A stretch of 64,000 nucleotides of DNA from Lama guanicoe (taxonomy: Eukaryota), in the NCBI GenBank assembly GCA_013239625.1, contig MU053911.1, positions 238,132 through 302,131 of the forward strand. Direction: 5' to 3'. Positions within the stretch are counted from its first letter, which is position 1. Each line of letters begins with the position of its first letter. The notes under the pieces were generated by a model. It was not told where the DNA came from, searched no databases, and saw only the letters and a list, made by a program, of their open reading frames with translations. The position numbers and the translations under genes are program-made. This document shows positions 54,101-64,000 of the stretch, piece by piece.

Positions 54101-57100
54101 AAAAAATGACTATCTCAATTGATGCAAAAAAAAGCATTTGACAGATTTGAGCAACTTTTCATGATAAAAACACTCAATAAAGTAGGGATAGAAGGAAAGC
54201 ATGTCAAGATAATAAAAACTCAGTGAATAGCATTCTCAATGGTGAAAGACTGAAAACTTTTCCTCAAAGATCAGGAACAAGGCAAGGATGCCTGCTTTTA
54301 CCATTTCTATTCAACATGGTGCTGGAAATTCTAGCCAGAGCAATTGGACAAGAAGAAATAAAAGGCATCCAGCTTAGGAAACAGGGAGTAAAATTCTCTC
54401 TGTTCATGGACAAAATGATCCTATTGTAGAAAACCTTAAAGATCAAAAAAAAAAAAGCCAGTTACGACAAATGAATTCAGCAAACAGCAGGATTCAAAGT
54501 CAACATACCAAAATCAGTTCCATTTCTATACACTAATAATGATCAATCTGAAAAGCAAATTATGAAAACGATTCCATTTAAAACTGCATCACAAAGGAGT
54601 AACTTAACCATGTAGTTAAATGACTTGTAGAATGAAAACTAAAAATAGTACTAAATGAAATTAAAGAGACATAAATAAACATAAATGTTATTTTCCTTAA
54701 TAACATGTTAATACTACCCAAAATGATCTACAAACTCAATGCAGTCCCTAATAAAATTCCAATGATGTTTTCTGTGATGCATAAAAACTAAAATACATAT
54801 GAAAGCTCAAGGGACCCTGAACAGCCTAAAGAATCTTGAAAAAGGGATTTCCGGTCAAGATGACGGAGAGGTAGGACCACGAGCTTGCCTCTCCTCACAA
54901 CTACAACAAAACCACAACTGAATGCTAAACAACCATCGAAAAAAGACTGGAACCTAGCAAAAAAGATCTTTTGCAACTGGAAACATGAAGAGGGAACCAC
55001 GGCAGGACAGTAGGAGGGGGGTGCTCACAATATAATCGAGCCCCATACCTCTTGGGTGGGCGACCCACAAGCTGAAGATTTGTTAAGTCGCAGAGACCCT
55101 CCCACAGGAGTGAGAGCTCTAAGCCCCACATTAGGCTCCCCAGCTCGGGTTCCAGCATTGGGAAGAGGAGGAGACCCCATGACATCTGGTTTTGAAGGCC
55201 AGGGGTATATAGAGAACCAAAACTCAACCAAAAAAGCCAACCTATTCAAAAGTGGCCAGAGGACCGGAATAGACATTTCTCCAAAGAAGATACCCAAGTG
55301 GCCAATAAGAACGTGAAGATGCTGAACATCACTAATCATAAGGGAAATGCAAATCAAAACTATAATGAGGTTTCCACCTCACACCAGTTAGGCTGAAAAT
55401 CACAAGGGTTGGCAAGGATATGGAGTAAGTAGCACACTTGTGCATTGTTGGTGGGGATGTAACATGGTGTAGTTGCTATGGAAAGCAGCATGGTGGCTCC
55501 TCAAAAAATAAAAAAATTAGAATTACCATGTGGTCCAGCAATTCCACTTCTGGGTATATCCCCAAAGGAAGTGGGGTCTTAAAGAGCTATCTGTACATCC
55601 ACATTCACAGAAGCAGCATTATTATTCACAGTAGCTAAAACGCAGAGGCAATCTAAGTGTCCATCGATGGATGAATGGATAAGCAAACGGTGGTAGATAC
55701 ATACAACGAATCAGTGTTCAGCCTTAAAAAGGAAGTCCTGCAATGTGCTATAATATGCATTAACCCTGTGGACATTATGTCAAATAATAAGCCAGTCACA
55801 AAAAGACAACTACTGTATGAGTCCACTTACATGAGCTATCTAGAGTAGTCAAAATCCTAGAGACAGAAAGTAGGATGGTGGCTACAGGGGCGGGGAATGG
55901 GAAGGTGAAAACTGGGAGTTATTGTTTAATGGGTACAGAGCTACAGTTTTACAAGAGGAGGAGTGCTGTGGAGATGGGTGGTGGTTATGACTGCCAACTT
56001 CATGAATGTATTTAAACCCACTGAATTGTTACTTAAAATGGTGCAGGTGAGAAAAGAAAATATAAGTGCAGAACATGAATGCATAAAACTACAAACAGTG
56101 GTTTTAAAAAATAAAAGATCTAAAAAAGTGGAAAGGTACAGGGTGTCTGTGGACTGGAAAACTCAGTATTGCTAAGATGTAAATTCTCCCTAATTCGCTT
56201 CATAGATTAGATGAAATTCCAATCAAAGTCCTTACAAGCTTTTTTTTTTTTGTAGCTATCCACAAGCTCTTCTATAATTAATATAGAAAAGCAAAAAACT
56301 GGAGTAGCCAAAACAATTCTGAAGAAGAACAAAGGTACCACACCCCCACTAGTGCACTCTAAGACTTCCTACACAATCCAGGTGGGGGTGCTGGTGAAAG
56401 ATTAGACACAATGATCAAAGGAACACAAGAGAGAGCCTAGAAATAGACCCACATAAACACTGTCCCTTGAATCTCTTTTTTCTTCCCCTACAAAGACACC
56501 AGCAATTCAATGGAGAAAGGATAAACCTTTTCAACAAGTGGTGCTGGCACACCACAGACTTGCACATCCATAGGCAAGAAAGCGAACCTCAACACATACC
56601 CCACACCTGATACAAAAATTAACTAAGAATGGGTCACAGACTTAAATGCAAAGCTAAAACTATAGAAGTTCCAGAGGAAAGTTATTTTTTTTTTTAATTT
56701 GAGCACTTTGGTTTGGGCAATGAGATTTAAGATACGAAACCAAAAGCAAAACCCATTTTAGAAAATTCGAATCTTGGTAAGCCACAAAGTTGTTGAATAA
56801 AAGCAGATTATTATAAGACTTTTTAAAAAAATTTAAGAAAATAAACATTTTCAAAGGTAAAATATTTTGCCCTGTGGAAGTTGGTATTATGGAAATGAAA
56901 AAACAAACCAGAGACGGAGAGAAAATATTGGCAAATCACATTTTTTATGAGGGACTGAAATCGAGGATAACAAAGAACTCTTAATCAGTAACAAGAAAAC
57001 CACCCAACTGAAAAATGGGGGAAAGCTCTGGGCAGATACTTCATCAAAGATCCACAGAGAATAAAACATGTGAAAAAATTATCAGTAACACTAGCTGTCC

Positions 57101-57400
57101 ATTAGGGAAAAGCAACTGAAAACCACAATGAAACAGCACCTCACGTCTAATAGATTAGGCAAAATTTTTAACAACCTGAAGCTCCCAAGCACTGGTCAGG
57201 GTGAGGAACAACAGGGGTTCTTACTCTCTGCTGGCAGGAATGCACAACTGCACAGCCACGTCGGAGGATGGTTTTTCACAAACCTAACCATAGTATCGCC
57301 ATGTAATCCTGCAATCCTGCTCCTGGGTACTTACCCAACTGCTCTGAGAACACATGTCTACGCAAGGACCCACATGTGACTGCTGACAGCTTTCAAAATC
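51180..57400 (+). mobile_element. Large nested L1 block (ORF1, ORF2, 5' and 3' pieces)
   Basis: ORFs 53799-54074 (EEGTLPNSF...ITLIPKPDKDT) and 54223-54429 ([21 protein letters not shown]) are L1 RT; an L1 5'-end-like segment starts near 54845. Confidence 0.88.
51722..51915 (+). mobile_element. tRNA-derived SINE (vic-1-like) inserted in L1
   Basis: SINE head and tail; TSD aaaaggacactagag / aaaaggacactggag. Confidence 0.85.
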
Positions 57401-57810
57401 ACCCAGAACTAGAAGTATGTGGATAGCAAGACTCATTACCAAATAAGAACAGTGTGACGTTGGCCTAAGGACAGAAAAGGAGGAAATGGAACAGAATAAA
57501 GAGTTCTGAAACCAAACCATAAATATGGTTTATGGACACCTGACATATGACACGGTGGCACTGCAGAGTCACAGGCAGAGGTCAATCACTTCAGTGAGAC
57601 TGGGGCAATTAGACAAAATGAAAAAAGTAAACTTGATGCTTAAATCCACCAAAAAAAAAAAATTAATTCTAGATGTCTGTGAACCTAAATATGAATGGTA
57701 AATGTGAACAAAGAAAAATTTCTTCATAAGCACTGGGTAAGAAAAGAGTTCTTAGAAAAAGCACTAATAATAAAAGCAAAAAAATGTGTAAACCGAATTA
57801 AGTTAAAATG

Positions 57811-58263
57811 AGAAATACCTGTTCATCAAAAGACAGCACTGGAAGGGAGGGTAGAGCGTGTGCTTAGCATGCATGAGGTCCTGCGTTCAATCTCCAGTCC
57901 ATCCATTAAAAATAAAATAAATAAATATAAATAAGTAAGCCTAATTACCACCCCCCAAAAAAGATGAAAAAAAAAATTAATAGAATGAAAAGGCAAGACA
58001 GGAAAAAAAAAACCCAACTTGTAAGGAAATAAGAAATAGCTGTTCATCAAAAGACAGCACTGGAAGGGAGGGTAGAGCGTGTGCTTAGTGTGTGCTTAGC
58101 ATGCATGAGGTCCTGCGTTCAATCTCCAGTCCATCCATTAAAAATAAAATAAATAAATATAAATAAGTAAGCCTAATTACCACCCCCCAAAGAAGATGAA
58201 AAAAAAAATTAATAGAATGAAAAGGCAAGACAGGAAAAAAAAAACCCAACTTGTAAGGAAATA
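57811..58263. repeat. Tandem duplication (about 221/232 bp), each copy containing a SINE with a shortened head
   Basis: Copies 57811-58031 and 58032-58263; the second has an extra 11-nt tgtgtgcttag. Confidence 0.93.
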
Positions 58264-58404
58264 CCGAACAAGAGTTAGTGCTATGCATTGTGAAGTATTT
58301 AGAGGGAGGCATGCTGATGTCTGAAATATACTAAGAAATGCACCAAAAATCAGGTGGGTTAATAGATGCATAGATGGACGGAAAGATGGAACATGCGATA
58401 AAGC

Positions 58405-59520
58405 AAGTATATAGTAAGACGTTAAAGGTGATGAGTATACAGATGGTCACTGTAAAGTCCTTCAACTGTGGCATGTTTGAAAACTGTCCTAACAAAATAC
58501 TGGATGTAAGGGAAGCACCTCACATAAAATTTGAATATGGATCTGATATCGAGTTTGCTTTAAACTTCAATGTGCATGAATCACTGAATCCTGCTGAAAT
58601 GTGGAGTCTGATATGACAGGACTGAGGTGGGGCCTGAAATTCAGCATTACTAATAAGCTTCCAGAATATGAAGACCTCCTTTAAATCAGTAAGACAGAAA
58701 ACATCCACAAAAGGTAACAAAATGTCCAAAACCCACAAGAAAAGAGAGTCCACCTCTTTAGCCGGCAGGAAATGCAACGCAAAGCCATATGGGATCCCAC
58801 CACACCAGGATGGCTCAAATGAAAAAGAACAACAATTAAGAGTCATAGGAGTCCGGGGAGGGTGTGACTCAGCAGTAGAGCACATGCCTAGCATGCATGA
58901 GGTCCTGGGTTCCATCCTCAGTACCTCCACTAAAAAAATAAAACGAGTAAATAAATAAACATAAGTATATAGTAAGACGTTAAAGGTGTTGAGTATACAG
59001 ATGGTCACTGTAAAATCCTTCAACTGTGGCATGTTTGAAAACTGTCCTAACAAAATACTGGATGTAAGGGAAGCACCTCACATAAAATTTGAATATGGAT
59101 ATGATACCGAGCTTGCTTTAAACATCAATGTGCATGAATCACTGAATCCTGCTGAAATGTGGAGTCTGATATGACAGGACTGAGGTGGGGCCTGAAATTC
59201 AGCATTACTAATAAGCTTCCAGAATATGAAGACCTCCTTTAAATCAGTAAGACAGAAAACATCCACAAAAGGTAACAAAATGTCCAAAACCCACAAGAAA
59301 AGAGAGTCCACCTCTTTAGCCGGCAGGAAATGCAACGCAAAGCCATATGGGATCCCACCACACCAGGATGGCTCAAATGAAAAAGAACAACAATTAAGAG
59401 TCATAGGAGTCCGGGGAGGGTGTGACTCAGCAGTAGAGCACATGCCTAGCATGCATGAGGTCCTGGGTTCCATCCTCAGTACCTCCAACTAAAAAAATAC
59501 GAGTAAATAAATAAACAGAA
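58405..59520. repeat. Tandem duplication with 558-bp period (MER5-like piece plus SINE)
   Basis: Copies start at 58405 and 58963; the SINE in copy 1 is cut off at the junction. Confidence 0.95.
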
Positions 59521-59907
59521 TTACCCCCCCCCAAAAAAAATGCAGAAGAAAAAAAGCAGAAATTAAAAAAAAAAGTCGTCGCAGACTGTGAGGCAAGTGC
59601 AGGATAAGCTGGGGAGTCTACGAGGATGAGAAATAAAAGCAGTACAGCAGGACTCACACGTGCATGCCATCCACATACACAGAAATGCATGCACAGCAAA
59701 AACAGTACACATTTTGTAAACAAAACAACATCCATTAAAAGAGTAATTCTGGGGAGTGGAGAAGCAGCTGAAAATTGAGTCTGGGGACACCAGGAAACAG
59801 ATCTCACACGATCTTCAGTTAATTTAACTCTCCCTCCTAAGAATCCCCAGCCCCCTCCCCACCAAAAACAGGCACAGACAAGATGTGGAAAGAAAAAAGT
59901 AGCTCAC

Positions 59908-60108
59908 CCAAGAATCGCTGTTTTTCGGCTGGTCTCGAGAAACACACAGCCACTTGAGGGGCTGCTCTGTCCCGGGGCTCTGGCGCCTCTGCCGGGCTCC
60001 TCTAGGGACGGGCCTCTGGTCAGGGGTCCCAGGACCCAGGATGGATTCCTTGCCTTGGAGCTTTCTAATCCCACCGCACGGACTGTCTCGTTCCTGGAGA
60101 GGTGGGAC
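59908..60108 (-). CDS. ZNF268: ZNF268 N-terminal coding exon: VPPLQERDSPCGGIRKLQGKESILGPGTP...QPKNSDSW
   Basis: GTCCACAG acceptor, GTGAGC donor, 201 nt, phase 0 to 0, in frame with KRAB-A; matches recalled human VPPLQERNSSWDRIRKLQGQESILGQGTP. The ATG exon was not found in the window. Confidence 0.85.
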
Positions 60109-61964
60109 CTGTGGACCCAAGAGCAAGCTCACTTTAGCAAACACATTTCGTCTGGGCCCCAGCCTTGGTCCCCTTTGTGGGTGAACATACTCGCACGAAG
60201 CTGGGCTGCGGGTTCCGCAGACTGTGGTCAGTGCTGCTGAGGGGCAGAAGTGAGGGTGAAGGGAAACGGGGGACCCATCGCACAGACAAACCTCCCCCAG
60301 ACTCTGCACAGGCCCCCAGAAGCCCCGAAAGTGCAGCAGCCCCCGAGCTTTCAGGAAGCAAACAGCCCTACTGTCGGCAGGAGTCCGCAAGGAACAGCTT
60401 TTGAATGAGACAGTCAGTCTGCGTTGCAGCAGGTTGCTTCTCTCGATAGCTGACGTCCAAGAACAATTCACTTCACCTCTCTGAGTCTTTTCATGGCTAA
60501 CACGATGAGAGCCGGAGGAGAGCAGGGCAGCAGGGTCGTTTTTGAATCTCCCAATAAAAACAGAAGAGGCCTCCAAGAAGAGGAAAAGAAAAAGCCCAGA
60601 GACGGCCACAGACAGACAAACGGACCCAGGTGGCAGATCTCCAGCACGCTGCAGGTCCCCCAAGTCACCACTAAGTAGGCCCCCCCGACAGGAGGGCGCC
60701 TCCTGAGGGGAACCTGAGCCCGTCAGCCCAGAGCTGCAAGTGACTAAGAAAAGTGTTCCCAAGGGTGCTAAGGGCACTAAGGGTGCTGGGTCCCCAAGGA
60801 ACACGAAGGTCGGAGGAACGATGGGTCTTCACTATGAGGGAGAGCCTCCAGGAGGGGAGGGAAACTGCTCAGCACAGGAGCAAGAAAGGAGATCTGGGCA
60901 GAGAAAGAGACGAGAGAATGGCGATTCAGAGAACGTGGGAAAGGAGAGAAAGGGAGGAGACAGAAGTACGAGTTGGTCAGAGGGAAGGCTCCAGAGGAAG
61001 CTCGTTCCAGAAACCATTTTAACAACAAAATACACAAAGTAAAAACGGGAGAGACACAAGGAAGACGAGGCACACTGGACTCTAACGGACATGGGGTCAG
61101 AGGGAGAAAAAGGCTTCCTTATGAGGCTTAGCGTAGAGTCAGGTCGGGGGCGTGTGTACATGTACGTCTGCTTCTATTTACAGAAGAATCCCTGAGATGA
61201 ACCAGGAACTGAAAAACAGTCACCTCCGGGGGAGGGAAGAACAGAGCAGGAGGGACAGAGGCTTGTCTGAAGGCACCGTTTACATTTTCTACTTTTAAAT
61301 CACCTAAATATTTCACATGACCCAAAAGGAGGCGGGCAATCCCTGAAGTTGAAAATAAATGTCAACAGATACATTTGTTTTTACGACTGGAAACAAAACT
61401 ACAAGAGACAATACTTTTTTTAACTGACCTTAATGTGTGGTATTTAACTGTATTCTTCCGATAAAATGAGCTACAAAGACATACTGAACTTTACTTAGTC
61501 TCTCTGTTAGCAGTTAAAAAAACAAAACTGTTACTTTAAAACCATTGCATGTATGCTATAGGACATGACAGTTACATTACCATTACTAAGGACCAAGATA
61601 TCTAGCACGTGACGGAGAGATGCAAGGGGAAGCCTCGTGCATGGCTGGTGAGAATGTAAACTGGCGCCACCACTTCGGACCCAGCTTGGCAGCTCCTCAA
61701 ATTCTTAAACCCAGAATTACTGAATTATCCAGCAATCCCACTCCTAGATATCCGCTCAGGAGAATTAAAAACCTACGTCCATAGAAACATTTACACAGAA
61801 ATGTTTGTAACAGCATTATTCATCATAGCCAAAAACTGGAAACAGCCCAAACATCTCGGAATGGTGGAATGGGTAAACAAAACGTGGTCTCTACCGACGA
61901 AGGTATCCTATGTAGCCATAAAAAGGAATGAGGTACCGAAAAATGCTACTAGGTGATGAACGTT

Positions 61965-62328
61965 TGTAGTATAGCTGCCTCACAATGAGCTGTTTTTGAC
62001 TGTAATGCAAGTGCCTGACTGTACAGAAAGCCTCTGACGTCAAGGACATCTGTCCTGGATGCACACAGCTGCTACACAACTCGAGGAAGAGCCCAGCCAC
62101 CCCACCCTGAGGATCCATCGCAGACAGTCTGGGGGCCGAAAATCGCTTGCTTGAGTGACCCCACTCTCCCCTTCCTATGTCTTAATTCTCACCTTATATT
62201 TTAAATTCACCGATAAACAATGAACCTGCAACCCCCTAATCTGACCCCAATAAAGCAGAACCCCAGATCCCCTTCTCATTCATCCTCTCTCTCCTCCCCT
62301 TTCTCTCTCAAACCTATCAGTCATCACA
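61965..62328 (+). mobile_element. Probable solo LTR
   Basis: Begins TGTA, ends ACA, internal AATAAA near 62249 followed by a pyrimidine tract; interrupts an L1 3' fragment. No clear TSD. Confidence 0.45.
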
Positions 62329-62354
62329 TTAATCATAATAAAATGCTCCAGTTA

Positions 62355-63342
62355 TGAAACCGACAAAGGCTTGATCTCCAGAATATGTAAGCAGCTCATA
62401 AGACTTAATAAGAAAAAAAAAAAACCCAATCCAAAAATGGGCAAAAGACCTAAACAAGCAATTCTCCAAGGAAGAAATACAAATGATTAATAGGCACATG
62501 AAAAAATGCTCAATATCACTAATTATCAGAGAAATGCAAATCAAAACTACAATGAGCTATCATCTCACATCAGCCAGAATGGCTACCATTTAAAAGTCCA
62601 CAAATGACAAATGCTGGAAAGGCTGTGGAGAAAAGGGAACCCTCCCACACGGCTGGTGGGAATGCAGTTTGGTGCAGCTGCTGTGGAAAACAGTATGGAG
62701 ATTCCTCAAAAGACTAGGAATAGACTTACCATATGACCCAGGAATCCCACTCCTGGGCTTATATCCAGAAGGAAATCTACTTCAGGATTACACCTGCACC
62801 CCAGTGTTCACAGCAGCCCTATTTACAATAGCCAAGACATAGAAACAGCCTAAATGTCCATCAACGGATGACTGGATAAAGAAGTGGTATATTTATACAA
62901 TGGAATACTACTCAGCCATAAAAACCGACAACATAATGCCATTTGCAGCAACGTGAATGTTCCTGGAGAATGTCATTCTAAATGAAGTAAGCCAGAAAGA
63001 GAAAGAAAAATACCATATGAGATCGCTCATATGTGGACTCTAAAAAAAAAACCCAAAACATAAATACAAAACAGAAACAGACTCAAAGAGATAGAATACA
63101 AACTTGTGGTTGCCAAAGGGGCGGGGGTGGGAAGGGACAGACTGGGATTTCAAAATGTAGAATACATAAACAAGATCATACTGTATAGCACAGGGAAATA
63201 TATACAAGATCTTGTGGTAGCTCACAGGGAAAAAATGTGACAATGAATATATGTATGTTCACGTATAACAGAAAAATTGTGCTCTACACTGGAAATTGAC
63301 ACAACATTGTAAAATAACTATAACTCAATAAAAAAATGTTTA
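62355..63342 (+). mobile_element. Young 5'-truncated L1 with perfect 16-bp TSD
   Basis: AAAAATGCTCCAGTTA at 62339-62354 and 63343-63358; ORF2 C-terminus and 3' UTR. Confidence 0.93.
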
Positions 63343-63554
63343 AAAAATGCTCCAGTTAGACACAAAGACTGACAGACTGATTTTTTTAAAAAAAGCAATG
63401 ATGTGATTTTTCAAAAACACGTCTAAAATACTAAGATCCAAAAAGGTCAAAAGCTAAAGAAAAAGACATAACCAGCAATTACTCAGAGGGAGGCTCCTAC
63501 AGTTGTACGAAGATAAAACAGACTCTAAGGCAAAAAAGAATCCCTGGGAGGCCG

Positions 63555-63675
63555 GGGAGGAGGGTGGATATAGCCCAGTGGTAGAGCGAATGCTTAGCAT
63601 GCATGAGGTCCTGGACCCCAGTACCTCTGTTAAATAAATAAATGAACCTAATTACCTCCCCTCTCCCCTCCAAAA
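63555..63675 (+). mobile_element. tRNA-derived SINE (vic-1-like)
   Basis: tatagcccagtggtagagcgaatgcttagcatgcatgaggtcctgg with B box partly deleted; flanks aatccctggga / aaatcctggga. Confidence 0.85.
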
Positions 63676-64000
63676 ATCCTGGGAAACATGTCAATAAGTC
63701 TTTCTCCTCAAGAGAGTAAGATCAAAGTTTTTAACATGATCCTCAAAGCCCTTTATGATCTGGCTTCTGCCTGCAGCTCTGCTCTGAGACAATTAACAAA
63801 ATTGCTAATTAAGCAAATAAACAACTGCACAACTCCCCAAACGAGGCGCCCAAATCTGAGACACAGAAAGAAAAAATTAAGAAAATACGTGTGGAAGAAA
63901 CTGGAAGATGATTACCCCTTCTTTAACTCAAGGTTCAAGGTACACAATTGGCAGAAACGAGACTGAAGGAAGGAGTAAATTAACAGGTGGGTGACAAGAA

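Noticed and set aside
59824..60804. 326-aa ORF, the longest in the window
   Set aside because: Non-ATG start; only 59908-60108 is a recognisable exon and the rest is GC-rich intron or degraded repeat.

Overview
Mammalian genomic DNA, most likely a camelid: it carries about ten copies of a tRNA-Ala-like SINE resembling the camelid vic-1 family. It is GC-rich and repeat-dense, with one 348-nt assembly gap. Three genes can be reconstructed. (1) An intact, intronless MBD3L1-like ORF on + (8744-9340, 198 aa). (2) A complete ANHX (anomalous homeobox) gene on -, with nine coding exons between 30438 and 17223, all GT-AG and phase-compatible, giving 481 aa. (3) A ZNF268 orthologue on -, whose N-terminal, KRAB-A and KRAB-B exons are intact but whose zinc-finger exon has two in-frame TGA codons and a frameshift; it is a pseudogene or encodes a KRAB-only product. 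The rest is L1, SINE, MIR, MER5 and LTR-type repeats plus three near-identical tandem duplications that may be assembly artefacts. The best leads are a CCAAT/GC-box promoter-like module in the intron that splits the ANHX homeodomain, a TATA/Kozak candidate upstream exon that would splice in frame onto ANHX, the ZNF268 finger loss, and the location of the MBD3L1-like gene. I found no convincing wholly new biological system. Gene identities and human comparisons rest on recalled protein sequences, not a database search, and repeat boundaries are approximate.
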